A stretch of DNA of 64,000 nucleotides from an uncultured Alphaproteobacteria bacterium. GTDB taxonomy: Bacteria > Pseudomonadota > Alphaproteobacteria > Rickettsiales > Rickettsiaceae. The translations under genes and the position numbers were made by a program. The notes beneath the pieces were generated by a model, which was not told where the DNA came from, searched no databases, and saw nothing but the letters and a program-made list of their open reading frames with translations. Below, in pieces: positions 9,227 through 18,434 of this stretch (position 1 is its first letter; each line of letters opens with the position of its first letter). The stretch is from contig CAVXJA010000006.1 of the NCBI GenBank assembly GCA_963762045.1, forward strand, positions 44,465 to 108,464, given 5' to 3'.

Positions 9227-10168
9227 ATGAAAAAAGTTTTAGTTTTTCCAGGCCAAGGTTCTCAAAAAGTTGGGATGTGCAAAGATTTTTATGATAATTT
9301 TGTTATTGCCAAAGACGTCTTTAACGAAGTTGACGATACTTTGAATTATAAATTATCAAAATTAATCTTTGATGGCCCAAAAGAAGAACTATCTCTCACC
9401 TCAAACACCCAAGCGGCTATAATGGCTTCCTCAATAGCTATCTTGAGAGTTATATTAAATGAAACTGGAAAGAATGTAAATGAAATTGGTGATTTTTTAG
9501 CAGGACATTCACTAGGAGAATATACAGCATTATGCGCGGCTGGCTCCCTTAAGCTAAAAGATGCTGCATATTTGCTTAAAGTAAGAGGGAGTTCTATGCA
9601 AAGTGCATCGCCTATTGGAGAGGGCTCAATGGCTGCTTGCGTGGGCATCTCGCCACAAAAATTAAATGAGTATATATGCAACATTAACGCTAAATATTGC
9701 TTGCAAATTGCTAATGATAATGTCGAGGGGCAAATTGTTGTCAGTGGTCATGCTGAGGCAGTGGATCAAATTATTCATACTTTAAATAATGATAAATACC
9801 GCGCTATTAAGCTTGATGTGAGCGCCCCATTCCATTCTAAGCTAATTGAAAAAGCAATATTGCCTATGAGCGAAGCCTTAGATAAAATTACTATGCTAGC
9901 ACCCTCTTTGCCTATTATATGTAATATTAATGCTGAGGCAGAAACTGATCCATCCATATTAAAGCAAAATCTTTTAAAGCAAATAGTTGGAAGCGTTTTA
10001 TGGAGACAATCGATGCATACAATGAATGAATTAAATGCTACTCATTTGATAGAAATTGGTAATGGCACGGTCCTATCAAATCTCGCTAAAAAATCGCCAA
10101 TTGATTTTCAAATTCAAAATATTTCAACTATTGATGATTTAAAAATCTTTACTAAAGAACTAATGTAA
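9227..10168 (+). CDS. fabD: malonyl CoA-acyl carrier protein transacylase
   Basis: 313 aa with FPGQGSQ at the N-terminus, the active-site motif GHSLGEY and a later FHS motif. Confidence 0.9.
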   Translation: MKKVLVFPGQGSQKVGMCKDFYDNFVIAKDVFNEVDDTLNYKLSKLIFDGPKEELSLTSNTQAAIMASSIAILRVILNETGKNVNEIGDFLAGHSLGEYTALCAAGSLKLKDAAYLLKVRGSSMQSASPIGEGSMAACVGISPQKLNEYICNINAKYCLQIANDNVEGQIVVSGHAEAVDQIIHTLNNDKYRAIKLDVSAPFHSKLIEKAILPMSEALDKITMLAPSLPIICNINAEAETDPSILKQNLLKQIVGSVLWRQSMHTMNELNATHLIEIGNGTVLSNLAKKSPIDFQIQNISTIDDLKIFTKELM

Positions 10169-10281
10169 AACTATAGTGAAATGTTTAAAATTAGCCGTTT
10201 TAAATAATTTTATTGGATAGATTATACCTTTAACTTACTATAATTTAGAAATTGAATAATTAACTTTTTTATTTTAATATT

Positions 10282-10464
10282 ATGAAACAAGCAAAAACTA
10301 CTCAAGACCACCATACAGCGCATAATAATCATGCTCAAGAATGCGATAATTCAGATGATGAATCTTCACTCAGCTATAGCACTAGTACCAGCACAGATGA
10401 TGATGAAAAAGATTCGTCAGATTTAGCAGGCTATATAATTGAAGCATTCTGCATTATAGTTTGA
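10282..10464 (+). CDS. small acidic Ser/Asp-rich protein ending in a CaaX-like CIIV
   Basis: 60-aa ORF MKQAKTTQDHHTAHNNHAQECDNSDDESSLSYSTSTSTDDDEKDSSDLAGYIIEAFCIIV. It has no obvious ribosome-binding site, so coding status is uncertain. Confidence 0.35.
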   Translation: MKQAKTTQDHHTAHNNHAQECDNSDDESSLSYSTSTSTDDDEKDSSDLAGYIIEAFCIIV

Positions 10465-10574
10465 ATCAAAAGGCCTATTATATAATTTTATTACATCTTC
10501 CAACCTCCATGGTTTCACTACTTTTTTATATTCGCTAGATTATATTATATATTATTTTTTCATAAACAGATTTT

Positions 10575-10590
10575 TGGCATAAGAAATGCT
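10575..10590 (+). promoter_or_regulatory. candidate sigma54 (-24/-12) promoter upstream of fliK
   Basis: TGGCAT-AAGAA-ATGCT compares with the consensus TGGCAC-N5-TTGCW. GG and GC are at canonical spacing, about 90 bp upstream of the fliK ATG and in the correct orientation. Confidence 0.3.
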
Positions 10591-10679
10591 CTTTATTAGA
10601 TTAATGATATAAGTAATATGCGCTCCAGGGCCTTATTATGAAATAACCTTAATCAATAAATTAAATAAAATAAAATTTT

Positions 10680-12458
10680 ATGAGCTCTAATAATATAAAA
10701 TCTCTTTTAAATAATGCCAGTAACATTCAAGTTAACTCTAAAAGCAAGCAATTGGGCAAAAGTAATAATTTTGAAAATTTGGTGAATAATGATAAGCCAA
10801 AAAAGAAAGAAGATATTTTCAAAAATAGTGACAAGGCTTTTGCGCGTAAGGCAAATGAAAATAAAAAAGAAGATATAAATTTTAAAAAGCAAGATAAAAT
10901 AACAAACTTAAAGCAAGTAAATAAATCAGAGGGACCTGTTAAAGCGCCGCAAAAAAATGATAATTCTGGTAAAAAAAATATAGAATATGATACTGAGTTT
11001 AACTTTGAACAAAAAGATTCAATCGAGTTAAATAATGAAATAAATATTATCAATGATATTATTTATGAATCCGCACAAAATTTCTTAGCGCTTGATGCGC
11101 AAGTTAATCCCTTAGCTGATAATCCTTTAAATGAATATAGCACGCACATATATTCTGAAGATATGTTAGCAGAAAATCAAAATGATTTTCTAGAAAGCGA
11201 AAGTCTAGATACTTCTGAAGAAGCTTTGCAAAATAAAGATAAGATTGATGCTGATAGAAAACTCGGCGCGGCAGCATTAACTGAAAATATATCTGATGCT
11301 AAATCAACTGAAGAAGAAAATATAAAAATCAATCTGGATCATGCCCTACTCATTGAAGGCGCTAACCGAGGCAATAAACAAGATGCTAAGGATTCGCTAG
11401 AAATCGACTTAAGTGATTCCTCAAAAAACATTATCACAACATTTGAGAATGCTTCTAAAACTGATAATAGTGAAGTTAAATTCGCTTCACAGCAAAATAA
11501 TTATATAAATGATCAAAATGTAATTGAGGAAAATGACGTTCCTTTTAATAGTATAAGCGAATATGTAGATAATATTCCACCTAGAAAAACTGCGCAAGAA
11601 ATATCAATAGAAAATGATTTAAATCTAACTGCTACTAATATTGAAGATAATGAACTTGATCTTTCTTTAAATATTGCTAAGCAAAATATTATACCTACTA
11701 CTAATTTGAAGCAAAATCAAAGCAATAATTTAAAGGATAATGCATTAAATGCTACATACTTAGATAATAAATCAGTTGAAGAACCAATAAGTTTTGCAAA
11801 TGAAGGTGAAGTGTTATTAGATGAAGCTAATGAATTAATCGAGCAAAATGTGAATATTGATAATAATAGCTTAGATGGCTTAAAATATGAGGTTAAATTC
11901 GTTAATGAAAAACCTAAAGAAATTAATTTTAATCTCGCTACTAATGAAATTATCAATGATGAACAAGATATTGATCAAAACTTAATCCGTCAACTTGAGT
12001 TTTCTGTTAAACAGATTAAGCAAAATAATATTAACGAAATCAAAGTTAATTTATTTCCAAAAGATTTAGGTGAAATTAGAATAGTGTTAGAGCTTGAAGT
12101 CTCAAAAAATGGAGAAGAGTTTATTAAGAATATTAAATTTTCCTCAGAGCGCCGGGCTACATTAGAAATTTTAGAAAAAAATCATACAGACTTAGTGAAA
12201 TCCTTAGAGCAAGTTGAGAGCGCTAAAGATAGTGAGTTGCATTTTAATATGCATGATTTTAGTGATAATAACCATAGCCAGGATATGAATAGTAAGAATA
12301 GTTCATTAGATCAGTGGAATGAAAATATTGCTAAATTAAACAATGAAACTGATGCCCATAATATGATAAATCAAGATTATATCACGCAGGATAGTGGTTT
12401 TACTAATGGAGTTTCTAACGAAATATTGAAGATGTATATAATGAACTTACAGGTGTAA
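10680..12458 (+). CDS. fliK: flagellar hook-length control protein FliK-like
   Basis: 592 aa with a low-complexity N/K/E-rich body. The C-terminal block IKVNLFPKDLGEIRIVLELEVSKNGEEFIKNIKFSSERRATLEILEKNHTDLVKSLEQ fits the Flg_hook domain pattern (L.P..LG.v.v.l...g.....f.......L......L...L). It lies directly upstream of flgD. Confidence 0.6.
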   Translation: MSSNNIKSLLNNASNIQVNSKSKQLGKSNNFENLVNNDKPKKKEDIFKNSDKAFARKANENKKEDINFKKQDKITNLKQVNKSEGPVKAPQKNDNSGKKNIEYDTEFNFEQKDSIELNNEINIINDIIYESAQNFLALDAQVNPLADNPLNEYSTHIYSEDMLAENQNDFLESESLDTSEEALQNKDKIDADRKLGAAALTENISDAKSTEEENIKINLDHALLIEGANRGNKQDAKDSLEIDLSDSSKNIITTFENASKTDNSEVKFASQQNNYINDQNVIEENDVPFNSISEYVDNIPPRKTAQEISIENDLNLTATNIEDNELDLSLNIAKQNIIPTTNLKQNQSNNLKDNALNATYLDNKSVEEPISFANEGEVLLDEANELIEQNVNIDNNSLDGLKYEVKFVNEKPKEINFNLATNEIINDEQDIDQNLIRQLEFSVKQIKQNNINEIKVNLFPKDLGEIRIVLELEVSKNGEEFIKNIKFSSERRATLEILEKNHTDLVKSLEQVESAKDSELHFNMHDFSDNNHSQDMNSKNSSLDQWNENIAKLNNETDAHNMINQDYITQDSGFTNGVSNEILKMYIMNLQV

Positions 12459-12462
12459 TAAT

Positions 12463-14493
12463 ATGAGCAATATCCAAGCACAAGGCAACATTAATGCTCT
12501 AGCTGATTCATATAAAAAGAAGGCTAAAAGTGGAATGGGAAGCGGTGAAAAAAAAGCTGAATGGTATGATAAGCATAGTCCAGCTAATAGCCCCTACACT
12601 ACCATCAAGGAGCTAAATAATCAAAGGGACTTTGAATCACTTATTGAGCAAGTTGATAAGGATATTGACATGGCTATAAAAATCATGATGGTGACTGCAG
12701 AAAATATGGATCCAGAAGGAGAAGATAGCAAGGCAAGTGACATGGCAGCTACTTCAAATGTGATAGCTTCTCTTAGTGGGACTAAGTCTAATGTATATGC
12801 TATGCAGGCTATGAAAGATGCTATTGAAAATCCAGGATTTAGTGCGACAGAAATCCAAGATAGATCGATTAAATATGATGATGCTACTAGATATTTCGAT
12901 GGCAATGATCCAGTAGAATTTAACTTTCAAATTAATTATGAAGATCGCTCTGAAACGCCATATATTAATGCTAATTATCACATTATGAATGCTAAAAATG
13001 AAATTATTTTCAGAGGACAATTGTCTAATTTAAAGCGTGGTGATAATAAATTTTTATGGAATGGAGAACTTAACGATTATGCAAAAGCTGCCAATAGCGT
13101 TATAACTCAAAGCGGTGATAAAATTACTGCGCCTGGCGAATATTCTATCAAAGTATTTGCAAAAGGTTCTGTCAAGGGCTTGGAAGGAAAAAGACAAGAG
13201 GTAGCAATTGCAGCTACTACTGAAATTTCAGGAATCGCTAAGGAAATTATATTAAATGAAGGTAGAGCTGATCGCATTGTGCTTGATAATGGTAAAATCA
13301 TTAATAAACTAAGTGTTACTAAGATCAATTCTATTCCAGAAAAAGACGATAGCTTTAAGGCGGATATTGCTATGATAGGCGATAATGCAAAACTTGATCT
13401 ATCTAAATTTGAGATTAAGAATGGACTCGCTAAAATAGAATATTTTAACAAATATCCTTCAAATGAGAAAGTTTCAGTTAAAATTAAAGATATGAATGGA
13501 TTTAATATTACATCAATCGATCTCAATCATCCTTTAAGCTATGGGCATGGTTTCATAAATCTTAGTAAGGATGATACAGAGCATATTTCTGATGGTAATT
13601 ATAAAGCTCAAATTGAGCTTTATGATAAAGAAACGAATACAACCAATTTAATAAATGGCGAGCATGAAATAGTAATATCGGGTGTAAATACGCGTAAAAA
13701 TGAAGTTACAGACGTTGAAGGCGATAAATTCGACGCTAAATTGATTACTGACATATTTAGGCCAGCCATTACTGAGCTTGACAATCTAAAGGCTGAATAT
13801 TTAAATAAAGATATTGATTATAGCAATGAACTTATTAAATTTAATGGTAAATCATATGAGGTAGATCATTTAGTGCCTTTGCCTGATGATAATGCCATTT
13901 TGCATTCCACTGAACTGCATGTGCATAACATGGAGAATAATAAAGTGGATATTAAGACCTTTAGACCAAATTACTATAATTTACTAAATGATGATGCAAA
14001 AAAAATAATTGATCAGGAAATTATTAATTCTTATGCGCAAGATTTTGGGGCAAATATTTCTTATTCCATTCTTCCCAGCGCTCAGAAAACAGATATTGAT
14101 AAGCTCATTAAAAATAAAATTAATGAGGAAATAAAAGCAGAAAAATCAGGCGCGAGTCCAGAGGAGATAGTTCATTGGATAGATGAAAAATATAAGGAAA
14201 TATATGTTAAAGACTCGGTAATACCTATGCAATATAGTTGGGATGGAGCTTTTAATGAAGAATATTATCCTGATGGCAAAGGTAATATTGCTAGAAAAAA
14301 TGACGAGTTTAAAGTTTCATTTAGTCATAATTATCTTAAAGATGATGGAACTTCATTTGGTTCTAATGTGAATGATGCCCCAGTAGAATCAAGCACAATT
14401 GAAGAAATTATAAAAGATGGTAACAAGTATTTTTATAAACTTAAAGATGGTCAGCAAATTCAAAAGAAGCAAATTATAACTATATATAAATAA
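12463..14493 (+). CDS. flgD: flagellar hook capping/assembly protein FlgD-like with a long C-terminal extension
   Basis: 676 aa. The N-terminal region MMVTAENMDPEGEDSKASDMAATSNVIASLS parallels the FlgD motif LL..QL.NQDPL.P.D..EF..QLAQFS. The block NLKRGDNKFLWNGELND...APGEYSIKVFAKG fits the FlgD Ig-like domain (G.n.F.WdG.......G.Y...v.A). Confidence 0.6.
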   Translation: MSNIQAQGNINALADSYKKKAKSGMGSGEKKAEWYDKHSPANSPYTTIKELNNQRDFESLIEQVDKDIDMAIKIMMVTAENMDPEGEDSKASDMAATSNVIASLSGTKSNVYAMQAMKDAIENPGFSATEIQDRSIKYDDATRYFDGNDPVEFNFQINYEDRSETPYINANYHIMNAKNEIIFRGQLSNLKRGDNKFLWNGELNDYAKAANSVITQSGDKITAPGEYSIKVFAKGSVKGLEGKRQEVAIAATTEISGIAKEIILNEGRADRIVLDNGKIINKLSVTKINSIPEKDDSFKADIAMIGDNAKLDLSKFEIKNGLAKIEYFNKYPSNEKVSVKIKDMNGFNITSIDLNHPLSYGHGFINLSKDDTEHISDGNYKAQIELYDKETNTTNLINGEHEIVISGVNTRKNEVTDVEGDKFDAKLITDIFRPAITELDNLKAEYLNKDIDYSNELIKFNGKSYEVDHLVPLPDDNAILHSTELHVHNMENNKVDIKTFRPNYYNLLNDDAKKIIDQEIINSYAQDFGANISYSILPSAQKTDIDKLIKNKINEEIKAEKSGASPEEIVHWIDEKYKEIYVKDSVIPMQYSWDGAFNEEYYPDGKGNIARKNDEFKVSFSHNYLKDDGTSFGSNVNDAPVESSTIEEIIKDGNKYFYKLKDGQQIQKKQIITIYK

Positions 14494-14650
14494 TTTTTAT
14501 ATAAAAACTGATCTTTTAATCAAAAAGCTTTATACTATCATTGCCTGTTTTTATATGTTAATTAATTGACAAAAAGTTAGGCTTATTATAAAAGTTAGCA
14601 ATTAACATAGTTCCATATAACCTAATTACAATTTTTGAAATAATTATAAA

Positions 14651-15703
14651 ATGTCTAAAAATAAAATAAATAAAGAAAAAGTTGCGATATTATTCAATTC
14701 AATTGAATTTTATAGTAAAGCTATAGGTGAAAACACAAATGAACATGAGTTTGAAGCAAATTCTACTGAATTATATAAGTTAATCGTAGGAAATAATTTT
14801 AAACAAAGCTATAGCTTAAATCATAATAAAAATCTGTCACTTGATGCTCAAAGCGACACATGTTTGCTGAGCTATATGCAAACTTATAAATTCAATCAAA
14901 TATCTATGCTTAATGCATATATACTTGTTGGCGACATGCTTATAAAAATTTTGGATCATGATGATTTATTTGATAAAATTACAGATGCTTTATTTAATAA
15001 AGGTAGTTTATCACCTTCCCTAAATATACGTAAGAATAGCTTAGAAAAGCTTAAGACTAAACATATAGAATATAAATTACAATTGGTTGAGAATGTATTT
15101 CTTAAAATTTTGGACAGCGATATATTCGAGGACATTGATCAAAAATATAGTTTAAAAAAAAGAGCGCTTGAAGGAATAATTATAATAAAACAGAGACAGA
15201 TAAAGGATTTCGAGGAGATTCAAAAAACACTTGAATATATAGAGCGCGAACTCAATGAGTATAAAAAGATTTTAAACAATTTGCCTGATTTTGAAATTAG
15301 CTCAACTGGTCAATCAGGTGAAAATTTAGCAAAGGATACATATCTAGTAACAGATGAATCAGGAAATCCCTTATATAAGCAACACAGAAATTTCTTTGAA
15401 AAACTGGATATTGTGCCGGAAAGATGTCCGGAAAGTTTGCCGGCAAGATGTAATTTCTATAGAAAGAAGCCCTTGACTGAGCTAGAAGTACAAAAATACA
15501 TACCAACTGAGCAATTTCAAATTTTAGCAAATCAAGGACATTTAGAGGAGTATAAATCCGGAACAGATTATGATAGCGATACCTACAACTCCAGCTACTC
15601 AGATAGTAATAGCGAGAATGTAACTAATGAGCTTTGTAGGCAAATATCAGAGCTCCATACTCCTTTAACTGGCGACCATAGTAGCGATTCAGAAGAATTA
15701 TAA
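14651..15703 (+). CDS. hypothetical protein with an acidic Ser-rich C-terminal tail
   Basis: 350-aa ORF with no family recognised. The tail is ..SGTDYDSDTYNSSYSDSNSENVTNELCRQISELHTPLTGDHSSDSEEL. Confidence 0.55.
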   Translation: MSKNKINKEKVAILFNSIEFYSKAIGENTNEHEFEANSTELYKLIVGNNFKQSYSLNHNKNLSLDAQSDTCLLSYMQTYKFNQISMLNAYILVGDMLIKILDHDDLFDKITDALFNKGSLSPSLNIRKNSLEKLKTKHIEYKLQLVENVFLKILDSDIFEDIDQKYSLKKRALEGIIIIKQRQIKDFEEIQKTLEYIERELNEYKKILNNLPDFEISSTGQSGENLAKDTYLVTDESGNPLYKQHRNFFEKLDIVPERCPESLPARCNFYRKKPLTELEVQKYIPTEQFQILANQGHLEEYKSGTDYDSDTYNSSYSDSNSENVTNELCRQISELHTPLTGDHSSDSEEL

Positions 15704-15976
15704 TTCCTATTATCAATAACTTTTTCTTCCTTCTCTTAAGTAGCTAGGTTTCACTCATGCCATTGGTACATAATGCTCGCACTACCTTCGCTTGCGAGGT
15801 CCTTAAATACTACCCCCGCATCAAAACTATTGGAATGTTAGTATATAAAAAGGATTGAAGGAAAAAAGTATTGAATAATCCATAATAAAATGCTATGAAT
15901 AGCTCATAAATCTTATGTATTAGTAAAAAAATGCCAATAGAAAAACAGAAGGAAAATAAATACACAAAGGGCAAGC

Positions 15977-17140
15977 ATGCAAAATGAGGAAAATCAAGGA
16001 AAGCCTGAATCAGACTCAGCAATATCGGAGCAAAAATCTAGTAAGACTAGTAAAAATATAAAACCAAAGGCTAAATTAAAGCATGATGCATTGGTCAAGA
16101 AGGTTTTATGCGACGAACTTGCTTGCAGAGAGTTTTTAGAAGAGTATTTACCTGATGAATTTAAAGCAAGAGTGGATTTAACTCAGCCAATCATTGCGGT
16201 TAAAGAAAGCTATATTGAGGATGCTTTGAAACATAGATATAGCGATTTAGTATTTAAGGTAAAGCTTAGAGAGAGCAATGACAAAGATAATAGAGCCATA
16301 GATAAGAGCAGTAAAGAAGACCATGCCTTTGTGTATTGTTTGCTTGAGAGTCAGTCTGAGCCAGATCCTTTGATCGCTTTTAGACTCCTTAAATATAGCG
16401 TGTTGCTGCTTGAAAAGCATGTGAATTTGAATCAAAAGAAAAAGGAAGATATAAATAAAGAAGCGATAAAGAAATATTTACCGGAAGTAATTCAGTTGGT
16501 AATATATAATGGAAAAGTAAAATATAATGTACCATTATCGATGCATGGCATGTTTAAAAGAGCAGAAGCTGCTGATAATTTGCTTAAATATAATTTAATT
16601 GATCTGCAAGCTATGGATAATGAGAAACTTGGCCAAGATAAGCATTTAAATTTATTTTTATATATGCTAAAGAATGCCCATAAGCCAAATATATTAGAAA
16701 CATTAAAGCTAATGCTAGAGACCATGAAAGAAGCGCTGAGGCAAGATGCGGGGATGAATTATATTTACTTAAAAAGCATAATATGGTATGCTAGTGTAAA
16801 GATAGCAGACTCAGAACAAGAGGAGTTTGTGAGCATAATAAATAAAAGCACAACAAGTAATAAAGAGGGTGATATTATGAGAAGTATAGCAGATGTATAT
16901 TTAGAAGAAGGTTATGATAAAGGCATTATAATTGGTGAGCAAAGAGGTGAGCAGAGAGGCCAGCAGAAAGGTATTGAAATTGGTGAGCAAAGAGGTGAGC
17001 AAAGAGGTGAACAAAGAGGTATTGAAATTGGCCAGCAGAAAATGCTCAAACTGATGCTAAAAAATGGTAGTTCTATAGAGGAGTTATCGAAACTTACAAA
17101 GCTATCACCAGAATATTTAGCTAACTTAAAAAAAAGCTAA
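15977..17140 (+). CDS. Rpn-family recombination-promoting nuclease / putative transposase (PD-(D/E)XK, YhgA-like)
   Basis: 387 aa. RYSDLVFKVKL ... FVYCLLESQSEPDPLIAFRLLKY matches the Rpn/YhgA core (D.vf.v.....lllEhQS..d..m..Rll.Y). The C-terminal tandem GEQRGEQRGQQKGIEIGEQRGEQRGEQRGIEIGQQK is typical of this family. Confidence 0.8.
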   Translation: MQNEENQGKPESDSAISEQKSSKTSKNIKPKAKLKHDALVKKVLCDELACREFLEEYLPDEFKARVDLTQPIIAVKESYIEDALKHRYSDLVFKVKLRESNDKDNRAIDKSSKEDHAFVYCLLESQSEPDPLIAFRLLKYSVLLLEKHVNLNQKKKEDINKEAIKKYLPEVIQLVIYNGKVKYNVPLSMHGMFKRAEAADNLLKYNLIDLQAMDNEKLGQDKHLNLFLYMLKNAHKPNILETLKLMLETMKEALRQDAGMNYIYLKSIIWYASVKIADSEQEEFVSIINKSTTSNKEGDIMRSIADVYLEEGYDKGIIIGEQRGEQRGQQKGIEIGEQRGEQRGEQRGIEIGQQKMLKLMLKNGSSIEELSKLTKLSPEYLANLKKS

Positions 17141-17180
17141 CTAAACCATATAAATTCTATAAACAGAGAAGTTATTATTA

Positions 17181-17279
17181 TTTTTATATATGCTCAAGAA
17201 TGCCCAAAAGCCAAATATATTAGAAATATTAAAGCAAATGCTAGAGACAATAAAAAAAGCGCTAAGGCAAGATGCGGGG
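17181..17279 (+). pseudogene. 99-bp remnant of a second Rpn-family paralog
   Basis: tttttatatatgctcaagaatgcccaaaagccaaatatattagaaatattaaagcaaatgctagagacaat..gcgctaaggcaagatgcgggg aligns by eye to 16655-16753 inside the intact gene. Confidence 0.6.
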
Positions 17280-17343
17280 CAGCTCTGGACATGGCGCTAT
17301 TAACAAAGTCATAACTTTGGGTGAACTTCGAGTCTTATAAGCC

Positions 17344-17667
17344 TTAAGCATATAATAATTTACCCTCTTTTGCCTTACGAGTATATTTCGTTTTAATACA
17401 ATTTTTACTAAAAATTGATATTTTTGCCTCTTTTCTGATTTTATGCGGGCATAGCATTGCATTATCACAAACTTCAAGAAAATCGCCATCCTCAAAAAGC
17501 CAAAACATTGCTTCAACTTCGTTCTTTTTCAAGGAAACTCTATCTGAGCGATTAGTCGCATCAATTATTGCTTGCAATATTACCGCTTTAGATAACTTCA
17601 CCTCTGGAGAATAATCATAGTTCTTTAATTTTTCGAAAGGTGAATTTAATTTTATCACATTATACAT
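17344..17667 (-). CDS. hypothetical small protein (107 aa)
   Basis: The track ORF 17344-17706 is trimmed to the ATG at 17665-17667, which is preceded by a strong GGAGG 7 nt upstream (tatggaggttaaaaATG). The product MYNVIKLNSPFEKLKNYDYSPEV...EAMFWLFEDGDFLEVCDNAMLCPHKIRKE belongs to no recognised family. Confidence 0.55.
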   Translation of the reverse strand: MYNVIKLNSPFEKLKNYDYSPEVKLSKAVILQAIIDATNRSDRVSLKKNEVEAMFWLFEDGDFLEVCDNAMLCPHKIRKEAKISIFSKNCIKTKYTRKAKEGKLLYA

Positions 17668-18434
17668 TTTTAACCTCCATATATATTGAACAATTAAATC
17701 AACCAAAAGGTATAATTATGCAACCTATTTAAATAAACTCTACGTTAAATAGAAAGCATAAATATTTTGCGTATTTACCCTTTAATTGAATGTTTTTAAT
17801 TCATGTGTAATATATAACATAAATATTAAATTATTAAGTGCTAAATAAGATATTTATTATTTATTTTTTAGATATACCAAAATAACAAGATATTAAGCAA
17901 GTATTTTTTATTTACAGCTACTTTGTTTAATTAAATTTTATTACTTTTATTAAGGTTATTAAATTAATAATGTATAAAAAGTCTATATAATTATGCTTTT
18001 TTTATATTTAGTAGCAATTCATTAATATATACACTTAAAGTTGCACCTAAATAATTGCTAACTTAATATTAACTCTTCTATCGCTATTATATATAATAAC
18101 TACAGGCTATTGTTTAATGGCTTATTATACATTTTCATAAGCCTCAATTATATTGTAAGAATAAAGCCTAATATTAAGACATATAGCGACTTCGGGCCTA
18201 TTTCTAACAGGCGAAATAAAATTATTTTTAAGCGCCTTCTACTTACTTTTTTTTAAATCAAACTAACTTAATATTAGTTACAAATTAAAAATAGCTAATA
18301 ATAAGCAACTATATTATTATGTTGGAGTTGAAATTTTAAATAATTTTTATATTTATGATTTAAATTTAATTAAAAATTAGATACAATAAGAAAAGAGACT
18401 TCTCTATTAACAACTTAGAAACAGAGGCAAACAA

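Noticed and set aside
12621-13526. Minus-strand ORFs (94, 88 and 139 aa) inside flgD. Similar nested ORFs lie inside fliK, pntB, slt, fabD, uvrD, ftsY, kdsA, murD, dnaB, trxB and uvrB.
   Set aside because: All are fully embedded in longer ORFs with recognisable family motifs. Their products are low-complexity or hydrophobic strings typical of antisense frames in AT-rich DNA.
15650-15703. The TPLTGD / SLTGE / LLTGN tails as sortase LPXTG sorting signals
   Set aside because: The L-P-x-T-G order is not met. The motif is followed by an acidic tail rather than a hydrophobic segment plus a basic anchor, and the organism is Gram-negative-like. It is kept only as an unexplained shared tail motif.
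17707-18434. 728-bp AT-rich gene-free region, checked for tRNA, sRNA, an origin or small ORFs
   Set aside because: I found no cloverleaf-compatible GC-rich segment, no DnaA-box-like clusters I could support and no ORF with a ribosome-binding site. It is probably just a long promoter or spacer region.
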